A stretch of 64,000 bases of DNA from a virus (Duplodnaviria > Caudoviricetes), in IMG/VR virus record IMGVR_UViG_3300020152_000023, positions 1,631-65,630 of that record; one strand, 5' to 3'. This document shows, in pieces, positions 45,579-54,848 of this stretch (position 1 is its first letter; each line of letters begins with the position of its first letter). The notes beneath the pieces are model-generated. The model was given only the letters and a program-made list of their open reading frames with translations. It was not told where the DNA came from and searched no databases. A program made the translations under genes and the position numbers.

Positions 45579-46019
45579 TTAGATGTTGATCGCGTTGTTC
45601 GGGAAATTTTTCTTCGAGACGAAGATGTTCGGCGACGTGGAGCCTTCGAACGCCGTTTGCTTGAGCAAATCGGTATTGAAGGAAGCGTGCCAAACGAGGC
45701 TATCCATGTTCCAATGGCCCTCACGATAGAACGGGAGGGACATGGAATCGCCTACGCCGAACGCGGCCGGGGCTGCAAGGATCGCGTTGGCGTTGGACTC
45801 GCCGGCCGTCACTTGCGCCATGGTGATCGCGCCGTTGTCGGCGATATTCACCACGGAATAGAGCGGGAAGTTGACCGCGCCGGCCGACGTGACTTCCCGA
45901 TGGGTTGTCGTCGGTACGCCCTCGCCGTAGCGGGGGTCTTGCGGGCTCTCCCACGACTCCGTTGCGAAGCCCGCAATGCCGGGCTCCGGATTCGGGATTT
46001 TGTTGTCAATCGGGGGCAT
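45579..46019 (-). CDS. Head decoration protein (gpD-like)
   Basis: Between protease and capsid; Y..G..N..SLVW. Confidence 0.8.
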   Translation of the reverse strand: MPPIDNKIPNPEPGIAGFATESWESPQDPRYGEGVPTTTHREVTSAGAVNFPLYSVVNIADNGAITMAQVTAGESNANAILAAPAAFGVGDSMSLPFYREGHWNMDSLVWHASFNTDLLKQTAFEGSTSPNIFVSKKNFPNNAINI

Positions 46020-46045
46020 TGTCGGGCTCTCCTGTTAGTGTTGCG

Positions 46046-46549
46046 TTACGCGGCGGCCTTGTCGGCCTCACGCTTCTTGCCGGTGGCCACGGCATACGAG
46101 CTGAGAAGCTCGTTGGTTTGCTCGGCGGCCTTGTCGCCCGTATCGCCCGTCGTCTTGGTCGTGGCCGAGATGTTCGGGTTTTGGGTGGTTTCCATGGCCT
46201 CTTCGAACGGATTGCGCTTGGCCTTGTCGCCTGCGCCTTGCGTGGTGGCGTCGGTTGTGTCGGGCTTCTTCTCGGCCGTCACTTCCTCGGGCATCTTGGA
46301 CAGCTTGTCCTTTGCGACTTCGGCGCTCACGCCGAGTTCGATCAGCATGTTGGTCGCCGACGGGCGGGCCTTGGCTTCATCCAAGCCGCGAATGGCGGTC
46401 TGGCGGTCCTGCTCGGCCTTCATACCCTCGGCGTGGCCTTCGGCGCGCGCTTCGGCAACGGCGGCGTCGAGCTGCGCCTTGGTGTAGCCCTGCTCGGTTG
46501 CATTCTGGCCTTCGGGCTTCTGGCCGGTGACATTTCCTTGGGTTGCCAT
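46046..46549 (-). CDS. Nested in-frame scaffolding protein (Nu3-like)
   Basis: Internal ATG (MATQGNV) preceded by SD GGAG; helical Ala/Glu-rich segment, as in lambda C/Nu3. Confidence 0.55.
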   Translation of the reverse strand: MATQGNVTGQKPEGQNATEQGYTKAQLDAAVAEARAEGHAEGMKAEQDRQTAIRGLDEAKARPSATNMLIELGVSAEVAKDKLSKMPEEVTAEKKPDTTDATTQGAGDKAKRNPFEEAMETTQNPNISATTKTTGDTGDKAAEQTNELLSSYAVATGKKREADKAAA

Positions 46550-47458
46550 GTACTCATCTCCGTTGTCTGACAGTTCGGTAGTGTAAACCACCAGCTCTTC
46601 TTCCAAAGCCCCGATTCGATCCGCGAATCCAACTTCGATTGCTTCCTCGGCATCGTATGTCAATGCCTTGGTTGCACGAACGGCTTCTTCTTCCATGTCA
46701 CGATTGCGGGCAACCGTCGAGGTGAAGACACCATAAATCTTGTCGATACGTGACTGAATCCGCTTTTTAGCAGAAGCCGACAGTTTTTCGTAGGGGTTGC
46801 CGTCAACCTTGTGCTCCCCGGCGAAAATAAAGGTGACCTTGATACCGACATCTTCAAGATATTTGGAGAACTCGACATGCGCGGTCACCACACCAACCGA
46901 GCCGGCACCTCCGGATCGGGTGATGATGATGTTGTTCGGCCCGGCGGCCGAGGCAATGGAGAAGCACGCCGAATAGGCGTAGTTGGCGACAAACGCGCGC
47001 ACCGGCTTTTGGTCACGCCATTCGTAAATCTTGTCCGTCAGCTCGAAGCATTCGGTAACCTCGCCGCCCGGCGAGTGGCATAGGAGCGCGAAGCCCTTGA
47101 CATCGGGGTCTTCGAGGCCGCGCCGGAACGCCATTTCGATATACTTGTAGCCGGTGGCCCATCGGCCGAGCTGCCATGGGAACTGCGACAGAAGCACACC
47201 CATCACGGGGATTTGCAGCACGCCGTCAATCACCACATACGGGCGGTAACTCGCGCGCCAGTCGTCGGCCCAAAACTCATCGTCGGCCGCCGCCGAGAGG
47301 TTGGTGCGGGCGTCGATAAGCTCGCTGGCCTTCTCGTGTTGGATGAGGTGGTTGAGGCACGTTGCGAAGAGATCGGCCGAGTCCGACGCCACCATGAGCA
47401 CTTCATTCTGAAGCTGGGCGATGAGCGGCGACGATTGCGGGTTGGTGATCTTGCTCAT
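46046..47458 (-). CDS. Prohead protease, S49 family (gpC-like), with C-terminal scaffold
   Basis: HSPGGEV, AYSACF.IASA, GSVGVV.AH, AG.HKVDGNPY. Confidence 0.92.
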   Translation of the reverse strand: MSKITNPQSSPLIAQLQNEVLMVASDSADLFATCLNHLIQHEKASELIDARTNLSAAADDEFWADDWRASYRPYVVIDGVLQIPVMGVLLSQFPWQLGRWATGYKYIEMAFRRGLEDPDVKGFALLCHSPGGEVTECFELTDKIYEWRDQKPVRAFVANYAYSACFSIASAAGPNNIIITRSGGAGSVGVVTAHVEFSKYLEDVGIKVTFIFAGEHKVDGNPYEKLSASAKKRIQSRIDKIYGVFTSTVARNRDMEEEAVRATKALTYDAEEAIEVGFADRIGALEEELVVYTTELSDNGDEYMATQGNVTGQKPEGQNATEQGYTKAQLDAAVAEARAEGHAEGMKAEQDRQTAIRGLDEAKARPSATNMLIELGVSAEVAKDKLSKMPEEVTAEKKPDTTDATTQGAGDKAKRNPFEEAMETTQNPNISATTKTTGDTGDKAAEQTNELLSSYAVATGKKREADKAAA

Positions 47459-49146
47459 TTTTCCGTCGCCTTCTCTTCATTGTCTTCCGAGCTGGCGGCG
47501 TTCTCTTGGCTGGCGGCCCGGTCGGCGGCGGCCAGCGACGCGGCGTCGGCGAGCATGATGCCCCGGTCTTCGAGTTCCTTTTGCTCGCGTTCCAACTGCA
47601 CGAAAACCTTGCGCCAATCCTTGCCGAGGCGGCCAAGCTCATCTTCCCATGTCGAGAGGCCGGAGCGGATACGGAGGATCGCGGCTTGGGTTTCCTTGAG
47701 TTCGTCAATCTGGCCGCGCGACGCGCCGATCCAGTCGCAAGCCGTGAAGGCTTCCGCCATGAGTGGTTCGTAGAAGTTCGGGAGCTTCGAGTAGTTCATC
47801 GCCTCGATAGCGCCCTTGTTGATCATCTCTTCGAACCAATTCATGAAAACCATCGTGGCGAAACGGTCGGCCACGGCTTTCTTCCGGGCCATCATGAACT
47901 TGTAGGTTTCGTTGATCCCGCCCTTCATGCTCGAATAGTTCGTCTTGGCGTAATCCTTCGAGAGCTGCTCGTAGGAGATGCCGAGAAGGGCGGCCGTATG
48001 ACGGATAAGCGACGCCTCGAAGTCCTGCCCCACGCCGCCGGGCGTGCCGACGGGCCGGAGCTGGAATTTCGTACCGGGGAAGAGATGGGGGATTTTCGCC
48101 CCGTCGATCATGAGCCCCTTGGCGTTCTCGGCGTACATTGCGGCCGCCGAAAGATAGTCGGTGGCGAACGCCGCAGCCGCCGCGCCGGGTGTCCCGGTCT
48201 TCAGGTTGCCCGCGCCGAGCTGCGCATAGACGGCTTCCGAGGGCAGTTCGGACTCGATGGTGGCGGCAAACATCGCGCCGGTAACGGCGTTCTGGAGCGT
48301 GACCTTGCGGAACTTCTTCGCGATTTGCGTTTCCATGAGGCCGGCCACCATGTCGGAGATGCCGCGTGTTTGGTGCGGCCGCTTCTGCTCGACAATATGG
48401 CACACTTGTCGGCGGCCCCACGGCTTGCGGGCGGCGACGAACTTGGCCTCATCCATGCCGTTGCCGATGGGATATGTGTGGCCCATCGCCGGGTTGTCCA
48501 CGATCCAGTATCCGACGGGCATGCCGTAGCGGTCCATCTGCACGCCGCCCCGGATGTTCTGATCGGGCAGGCGGTGATATGGCGTCTTGAGCCGGATCGG
48601 ATCGAGCACGCTTACAGCCGTGCGGAACGGGCGCTCGGATGCCCGGAGCCATTCGAACACGGCCAGCATCTCACCGGATGCGGCGACGGATGCGATGGCC
48701 AAGCGGCACATGTCGGTGAACGTTGCGCGGCGCGCGGCGTCCAACCAGCAATTCACCGACTCCGATCCGAGAGTGAACTTGGCTTCCACTTCCTCTTGGA
48801 ACTCGGCCTGCCACACCTCATCGTCAATCCCCAGCACCCGCATCTCGGGTTTGGAGTTGAGAAGATACATGGAACCGACAATCGAGTTTTTGTTGATCTC
48901 GATACCGGATTGCACATAGCCGTCATTGCGCGCGAGATCGTTCACGCGGGCGTCGGCCATGAACTTGTCGGGCAGGATATCGGCGTCGGCCGACTGGAGG
49001 GCTGGAGCCCACATGGCCACGCTGCGGTCGAACCGATCAGCGCCTTCCAGCGGGCTTCCCATGGCCATGTCTTGCGGGACCGGCCCTACGAGAGCTTCGA
49101 TGTCCCGGATCATTTGTGGGGTGAGCGCAGCCGTCATTACATCCAC
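47455..49146 (-). CDS. Portal protein, lambda gpB family
   Basis: AR..DLARND, RGGV..D..G.P..Y, QTRGIS, G.SYEQLS.DY...NYSS, IDELKE..A...RI..GLST. Confidence 0.93.
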   Translation of the reverse strand: MDVMTAALTPQMIRDIEALVGPVPQDMAMGSPLEGADRFDRSVAMWAPALQSADADILPDKFMADARVNDLARNDGYVQSGIEINKNSIVGSMYLLNSKPEMRVLGIDDEVWQAEFQEEVEAKFTLGSESVNCWLDAARRATFTDMCRLAIASVAASGEMLAVFEWLRASERPFRTAVSVLDPIRLKTPYHRLPDQNIRGGVQMDRYGMPVGYWIVDNPAMGHTYPIGNGMDEAKFVAARKPWGRRQVCHIVEQKRPHQTRGISDMVAGLMETQIAKKFRKVTLQNAVTGAMFAATIESELPSEAVYAQLGAGNLKTGTPGAAAAAFATDYLSAAAMYAENAKGLMIDGAKIPHLFPGTKFQLRPVGTPGGVGQDFEASLIRHTAALLGISYEQLSKDYAKTNYSSMKGGINETYKFMMARKKAVADRFATMVFMNWFEEMINKGAIEAMNYSKLPNFYEPLMAEAFTACDWIGASRGQIDELKETQAAILRIRSGLSTWEDELGRLGKDWRKVFVQLEREQKELEDRGIMLADAASLAAADRAASQENAASSEDNEEKATEK

Positions 49147-49367
49147 ACATTTAGCGGGCCGGCCCCAGCGCCGATACCGAGTTGTCGTTTCAGCTCGGCG
49201 ATATACTTCGAGAGCTGGAGCGCCGAGCCGGTGCTATATTCCATCCGCTCGCCGTTCTGATCAACGAAAACCTTGAGGGATCGTCCCGTCATGAGCGAAT
49301 GGTAGGCATTCTCGGCGTCTTCGAGCCGCTTTACCAAGATGAGCCGATACGCTGGATCAATGGTCAT
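49137..49367 (-). CDS. Head-tail joining protein gpW
   Basis: L..AE.AYH.LMTG....V.VDQNGER.EY......L..YI.EL. Confidence 0.9.
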   Translation of the reverse strand: MTIDPAYRLILVKRLEDAENAYHSLMTGRSLKVFVDQNGERMEYSTGSALQLSKYIAELKRQLGIGAGAGPLNVWM

Positions 49368-51502
49368 CCCAAGATGGCTCCGAGTTTCGCAAGGTCGGCG
49401 AGCCCGTTGGTGGGCTCTTCTTCGAATGGGGCCGGCCCGTTGATGTCAAAGATCATATCGTTGCGATCCCATTCGGCGGCCCATGACGGGGGATCGGTCC
49501 AATCGATATGCTCCCAGAAGATTGTACGATGCAATAGCCCTACGAGGCAATATACCAACAAATCCCACGATTCGTTGCGATACTTGTTGGGGTTGATCCA
49601 CTTGTTGTTTTTGGGGTCTTTCGACTCCACGGTCAGTTCCTTGTAGAAGCTCGCCGGCAACCAGTTGGCAAAGTTGATCCGGCCACCCGGCTCGGTACGA
49701 TCAAGGATGCCGTCGAGCTGATCTTTCATGAGATTGGTATTCACGAAAATCACGGGGATTTCACCGCGCGCGCCCGCGTGACGATCCTTGCGCTCGGAAT
49801 CGGGGAAGCCTTGCCGGATGCGCGGCGCACTAGGGAGCGGGTCACCCTTTAGGAGGTGGAAGCGCGCGAGAAGATGCGGGAACCACGGGTACTTTTCCTG
49901 CATCTCATCGTTCTCGATATTCCCGGATTCATCGGCGTTGTAGCCGCGACGGAGCCACCGGACGAACTCGTATGCGTTGGCGGTCGTGCCTTCGGAGCCG
50001 CCCGAATCGCAGAACGTTTGCCAGATGGACATATGCTTGTCGGGGTCGCTGAAGAGCGGGTAGCTTTTCATCATCACTTGGGTAACGAGCAAACGCCAGT
50101 CCTCGGGATACGCGCCGGCATGCACATAGGAGAACTGGCCGGGGTAGTCGGGCTGCTCGCGCTTCGAATATTTGATCTGGAAGCGATCGATGACCCAAAT
50201 GTCGTCCGTTCCGATCCCGTGAACTTGCACCTCGAAGCGATGCTTTTGCACGTCGATTGTGGCGACAAGGAAGCGGACACCGGGCGGCACAACCTTGTGG
50301 CCATAGTCCTGCGCCCGGTTTTTCAACACTTCGGGCAGGCGCGCCATGGACAGCGCCTTGTGGATGTAGGGCTCGCCGTGCTTGGTGTTGATGACGGTCT
50401 TGAGGGTGTTTTCCGATCCCGTCTCGGCGTATTCCTTCTCGCCGTTGATCAGCCCTTGCACGAGATCGGACCACGAGCTGAAGGTGGCGGCGACGCCCAT
50501 CAACCAGAAGCTCCCGTTATTCGAGCGCGCCGCCGTGCCGCCTATCTGATCGTTCGGCATCCAGACTTGGCCATCCTTGATCCAGCGCGAGTGCCCGCCC
50601 TTCTCGAATAGCTGGTTCATGACGCGCTTGCCGGGAGCGTCTTGGGTTTCCACCTCGTGATATTTATGGGAGCAATGCGGGCACGAGAGATACGCTTGCT
50701 CGCCGGCCTCTATCGGGTCTTCCGAGTTCGGCCACGTCAAGAGCGTCCGATGAGGCTCGAAGGCTTGCCGGCAATTCGGATTGACGCATTTCCAGTACCA
50801 GCGCCGACGGTCGCCCGCGTTGTAGATCGACAGGATGCCTTCGCAAGGCGGGGCCTCGTGACGGGTCTTCCTGATCCATTGGGGGTCGGTCACCGGAAAG
50901 CCGGGTGAGGATTCCACCACTACCTTGCCGTAGCGGCCGAACGTTGTCGTGCGCGCGACGCCGAGCGAATAGGGTGTGCCTTCCGCGTCCACGTCTTGGT
51001 TCATGCGGTCGTAGTCGGTTTCCCAAATGAAGGGCACCGGGCGGCCCGAAAGCTCATTGATTGACGGCCATGTCATGCGGAGCATCATGCCGGAGCGGTA
51101 ACGCTTGTCGTACACGTTGTCGGCGTCCCGGCTCGCCAGAAGGCGATTGGCCACGTCGGGGCTTTGCCGGTGGAGCCGATCCACGCGGCTGATTGAGAAG
51201 TCGCGCGCCGTGGCCTGCGCCGTCTGCACAAGCATCACGTCGGCCGGATCGCAGACGACGCGATAGGTGAGGAAGTTGAGGAACATATCCGTCTTGCCGC
51301 ATTGCGCCGGCCCGACAAAGGTAACCGTCGAAAGTAGCTGGTTTGTCAGCTCGTTCATCGGCTCCACGAGATATGGGGTGATATCGTTGTTCCAATCGCC
51401 TTGATACCCGCCGAGGTTTTTCAGCTTCCGATATTTGGTCGCAGCTTCCGATACGGTGAGGCGCTCGGCCGGGCGAACACCCTCGGCCGCGACAACAAGC
51501 AT
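49364..51502 (-). CDS. terL: Terminase large subunit (lambda gpA family)
   Basis: TPYLVEPM, Walker A GPAQCGKT, TDYDRM, ESSPG, GDRRRWYW.C..C, TIDVQ, DSGG, NE.WDL.VY; start set to the ATG after SD GGAGGA (the ORF is open to 51565). Confidence 0.95.
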   Translation of the reverse strand: MLVVAAEGVRPAERLTVSEAATKYRKLKNLGGYQGDWNNDITPYLVEPMNELTNQLLSTVTFVGPAQCGKTDMFLNFLTYRVVCDPADVMLVQTAQATARDFSISRVDRLHRQSPDVANRLLASRDADNVYDKRYRSGMMLRMTWPSINELSGRPVPFIWETDYDRMNQDVDAEGTPYSLGVARTTTFGRYGKVVVESSPGFPVTDPQWIRKTRHEAPPCEGILSIYNAGDRRRWYWKCVNPNCRQAFEPHRTLLTWPNSEDPIEAGEQAYLSCPHCSHKYHEVETQDAPGKRVMNQLFEKGGHSRWIKDGQVWMPNDQIGGTAARSNNGSFWLMGVAATFSSWSDLVQGLINGEKEYAETGSENTLKTVINTKHGEPYIHKALSMARLPEVLKNRAQDYGHKVVPPGVRFLVATIDVQKHRFEVQVHGIGTDDIWVIDRFQIKYSKREQPDYPGQFSYVHAGAYPEDWRLLVTQVMMKSYPLFSDPDKHMSIWQTFCDSGGSEGTTANAYEFVRWLRRGYNADESGNIENDEMQEKYPWFPHLLARFHLLKGDPLPSAPRIRQGFPDSERKDRHAGARGEIPVIFVNTNLMKDQLDGILDRTEPGGRINFANWLPASFYKELTVESKDPKNNKWINPNKYRNESWDLLVYCLVGLLHRTIFWEHIDWTDPPSWAAEWDRNDMIFDINGPAPFEEEPTNGLADLAKLGAILG

Positions 51503-51515
51503 GTCCTCCAGATGG

Positions 51516-52253
51516 TCAAACAAGACTCTCAACGAGCAACTCCATATCTTCTTCGTCTTCCTCAACGGTCTTGATTTGGGCGTCGCGCTCGGCCGCTTCC
51601 CGGTCGTAGTCTTCCTGAAGCACCGATTTATGCTTCTTCCGGCCGAGCGTCGCCAGCACTTGCTTGTGGAGCTTCGTTTCTAGCTGATCTACCATTTCCT
51701 GTAAAATCAGGTGTTGCTTGTCGGTCAATCCGACGGTCTTTTCCAGCGTGGCGGCCCATTGTTGGTGCTCGGATTTCACCATCGCGAACAACTCGCCGTA
51801 GAGCGTCAAAACGGCTTCGTCCCGCCATAGGTGGCCGGCTTCTTCCTCGTACTGGAGCCGCGCCGTCTTCGCGCCCCAATATTCACGGGTGAGCTTCGGC
51901 GGTAGATCGTTGACATTGGCATTCTTGATGAAATTCTCGATATCGAACCGGGGCTTGATCAGATACGAGCACGCGATCCGGATGTCATAGAGGAATCCAT
52001 TCTTATATTTCCGGAGCGGCGGGCAGTCCCGGAGCTTGTTCTTAACGGTCATGAAATTCATGCCGAACGCCTGCGCCAACCATCCGACGGTGACGCCTTT
52101 CATTACGGCGTCGATATCCATGGTGGCCGGGCCTTCGTGGATGCCTTCTGCATTTCCCCGCCCGGTGGCGATGCCGACATTCTTGCGATTGGCTTCCGCC
52201 AGCCGGGCCAGCGTGGCGCTCGCGGTTTCCTGTCTTCGTTGCGTGCGGGTCAT
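51516..52253 (-). CDS. terS: Terminase small subunit (DUF1441/Nu1-like)
   Basis: HTH-like GVTV.WLA.AF.M....V...L; LPP.L..EYW.A...R..YEE.AG.LW; immediately upstream of TerL. Confidence 0.85.
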   Translation of the reverse strand: MTRTQRRQETASATLARLAEANRKNVGIATGRGNAEGIHEGPATMDIDAVMKGVTVGWLAQAFGMNFMTVKNKLRDCPPLRKYKNGFLYDIRIACSYLIKPRFDIENFIKNANVNDLPPKLTREYWGAKTARLQYEEEAGHLWRDEAVLTLYGELFAMVKSEHQQWAATLEKTVGLTDKQHLILQEMVDQLETKLHKQVLATLGRKKHKSVLQEDYDREAAERDAQIKTVEEDEEDMELLVESLV

Positions 52254-53851
52254 GCCGCCATCCTTTCATACTCATAACGCTTGGCCAGTGAGACGCGAAC
52301 GGCGTCGGTGATCCGGTCTTGCCGGGCTCCCTTCGTTTCAAGGGCCTTGGCCACGATTTCGTCTGCCGTGTACTTGGCAAGGATGCGATGCAGCACGACA
52401 GCCGCCGCCTCCTGCCCCGAGCGGTGCAACCGCTTGCGGAATTGGAGGTAGAGTTCAAGGCTCCAGTTGAGGCCGTACCAGACGCCGATATGGCCGCCAT
52501 ACTGGAAATTCATACCGTGGCCAGCCGATGCCGGATGAGTCAAGAGCATCCGGATTTTGCCGGCATTCCAGTCCCGGAGATCGTTGCGACTATCGCCGAA
52601 GATGCGGACGTAGGGGAACCGTTTCTTGATGGCCTCGCGGTCAAACTCGAAGGAATAGGCCACGAGAACCGACTGGCCCTTGCTCTCTTCCATGATGTTT
52701 TCGAGCGCATCGAGCTTCTCATCATGGATGCGGCGCGCCGTTTGATCGGTGAGGTAGACCGAGCCGTTGGCCATCTGGAGAAGCTTGTTGATCAGCACGC
52801 CGCCATTGGCTGCTTCGAGATCGAATTCCTCCAACGCCATTTCGGAGGCGAACCGTTCGTATTGCTCGGCCGCGCGCGGGGGCAGGCGCACCATGTGATC
52901 GCGGACGATGAGCGGGGGTAGATCGAGGTAGTCGGCTTCCTTCAGACTGAAGAAAACCGGCTTGATGAGGCGCATGATCTGGCGCTCGGAATGACTATGC
53001 GCCTCCCACTTGTAGCGGTATTGGTCATAGGAGAACCACCGCTTGAGGAAGGCGGTTTTCGACGTGCCGAGGCGGTGGCCCTTGTCTATGATAAACATCG
53101 GCCCCCATAGGTCTTCGAGGCCCTCGGGCGTCGGCGTGCCAGACAACAGCACGACGTGTTTGAACTTATACCGCATCTTCGCGAGCACGCCGAATTCAGA
53201 CGTTCGCTTGATTCCGATAGTACCGTCTTTGCGCTCGGTGGGCTTGGTGCGTTTCGAACCGCCCGAGAGCCGGCGCGCTTCGTCATAGATCAACATGTCA
53301 TAATCGAAGGCGCGCGTGCCGAGGTGCTCTTTGAGCCACACAAGGTTCTCCCGGTTGATGATATGGAGGTGGCCGCCGCGCTTGACGGCCGCGATCCTTT
53401 CGTCTTCGTCGCCCGTGATAACCGTGTATTCGAGGCCGCGAGCAAAGGTCCACTTGGCGATCTCATCCGGCCATGTGTTCTCGGCGACGTTGAGCGGGGC
53501 CACGATCAGCACCTTGCGCACCGCGCCCGACAGGATGAGCTTGAATGCGGCGTAGAGACTGGCGGCCGTCTTGCCGAGGCCCATTTCGGCCGCGATATAG
53601 ACGGCCGGAAGCCGGATCATCTTCTCGGCCATCCAGCGTTGATAGTTACGGAAATCCTTATAGGCGAGCACCTTCGGCGGCCGGCCATAGATCAAATCGT
53701 TCTCTTCGACGCCGCATAGGATTTTCGGCCGTCGCCAATGCTCGCCGTAGAGCCAATCACAGTATCTTGGCGCGTCGCGAAGTGCGGGCGGTATGTGAAG
53801 TTGAGGCAAGGTTTTTGATTCCCAATATCTCGCATCCGTGATCGAGATCAT
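52250..53851 (-). CDS. SNF2-family DNA helicase
   Basis: EMGLGKT, DEA, LSGTP, KLLQ.ANG, HPASAGHG.N.Q, RLHRSGQ. Confidence 0.93.
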   Translation of the reverse strand: MISITDARYWESKTLPQLHIPPALRDAPRYCDWLYGEHWRRPKILCGVEENDLIYGRPPKVLAYKDFRNYQRWMAEKMIRLPAVYIAAEMGLGKTAASLYAAFKLILSGAVRKVLIVAPLNVAENTWPDEIAKWTFARGLEYTVITGDEDERIAAVKRGGHLHIINRENLVWLKEHLGTRAFDYDMLIYDEARRLSGGSKRTKPTERKDGTIGIKRTSEFGVLAKMRYKFKHVVLLSGTPTPEGLEDLWGPMFIIDKGHRLGTSKTAFLKRWFSYDQYRYKWEAHSHSERQIMRLIKPVFFSLKEADYLDLPPLIVRDHMVRLPPRAAEQYERFASEMALEEFDLEAANGGVLINKLLQMANGSVYLTDQTARRIHDEKLDALENIMEESKGQSVLVAYSFEFDREAIKKRFPYVRIFGDSRNDLRDWNAGKIRMLLTHPASAGHGMNFQYGGHIGVWYGLNWSLELYLQFRKRLHRSGQEAAAVVLHRILAKYTADEIVAKALETKGARQDRITDAVRVSLAKRYEYERMAA

Positions 53852-54101
53852 TCACGAGGTGATATTCCGCGCCGGCTTGGATGAGCTTGTCGGCTTCTCT
53901 CTTCTGCATTGTCGTTCGGGTGTCTTTCGCCGGGCCGGTCGTCGCCGACGGTCGCTTGAACTCAATGAAAACCACCCGGCCTTTCTTGATGAATAGCCGG
54001 TCTGGCGCGCCGACAACGGCGATCCATTTGAGCTTGCGGACGAACCATCCCTGCGCTTCCGCCCATTTGGAGAGCGGCTTTTCCACGTTCGCTTCGATCA
54101 T
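53757..54101 (-). CDS. VRR-NUC domain nuclease
   Basis: E..VE, G.PDRLF, FIEFKRP, Q. Confidence 0.9.
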   Translation of the reverse strand: MIEANVEKPLSKWAEAQGWFVRKLKWIAVVGAPDRLFIKKGRVVFIEFKRPSATTGPAKDTRTTMQKREADKLIQAGAEYHLVNDLDHGCEILGIKNLASTSHTARTSRRAKIL

Positions 54102-54598
54102 GGGCCGTGCCTTTCGGCACGCCCGGCACGTTGTTCTGCGGGGGTGGCCTTCCGAACATACATAAGCGCGGATGTCATCCAGACATCATAGCCTTTGACC
54201 AAGGGAACCAATGAAACTCGGTCTTTCCCAAGTACCGTTTTAACAACGCGATCACATTCCGTTCCCCAATTGGCCCGATCATCCCCGCTCACCTTTTCGA
54301 CATAGAGTCGCACCACGTCGCCCGGCACGAGTGACCGTTTGTTGAAATCCAAGGCAATCGGCTCATCATCCGGCTTTTCGGCGGCCTCACCGAAATCCCA
54401 ATAGGTCGTATATCGGCCGTCGAAAAACTCTTCGCACGTTCGGGTGAATTCCGGCCCCGTGCCGTCCACGCGGCGATAGGACACTTGCGGCACTAGGTCT
54501 TTTTCTCGCAACGGGAACCCGGTGATCTGGTAGATATGTTTGCTTTTGACGTGCTTCCATTGCATGTTCTTAAATGATGCTACTGACATCGAAATCAT
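54098..54598 (-). CDS. DUF1653-like protein (start may be MQWKH at about 54565)
   Basis: W.H.K....Y.I......E.DL...V.Y....G....TR...EF. Confidence 0.55.
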   Translation of the reverse strand: MISMSVASFKNMQWKHVKSKHIYQITGFPLREKDLVPQVSYRRVDGTGPEFTRTCEEFFDGRYTTYWDFGEAAEKPDDEPIALDFNKRSLVPGDVVRLYVEKVSGDDRANWGTECDRVVKTVLGKDRVSLVPLVKGYDVWMTSALMYVRKATPAEQRAGRAERHGP

Positions 54599-54845
54599 CC
54601 TCCAGTTCTGTTTCGACTTTCTTTTCCGCGTCGTCCTTAAACACGCGCATGAAATCTACCGCTTCCCGAAACGCTGCTATGCAATCCGGGATAGTCTTAT
54701 AGCCGTATTTGATGAAACTGCCTCGAATAAATCCGAACGTATCATTACGCTCGGAGTCGAGAATCCTATATATACTTACGGTTTCTCGGCGATATGTGTT
54801 CTCGGCGATAAACATCATTGTCCGAATGTGCGAAGCGGAAAGCAT
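54570..54845 (-). CDS. Hypothetical protein, lower GC
   Basis: Fills the gap directly after PolA. Confidence 0.55.
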   Translation of the reverse strand: MLSASHIRTMMFIAENTYRRETVSIYRILDSERNDTFGFIRGSFIKYGYKTIPDCIAAFREAVDFMRVFKDDAEKKVETELEDDFDVSSII

Positions 54846-54848
54846 TAC

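Noticed and set aside
100-53851. C-terminal AA/VA ends (DUF932, 2598-2792, helicase, protease) as ClpXP degrons
   Set aside because: Some arise from GC-ATGA start/stop overlaps and the rest are expected in Ala-rich, high-GC proteins; not distinguishable from chance by eye.
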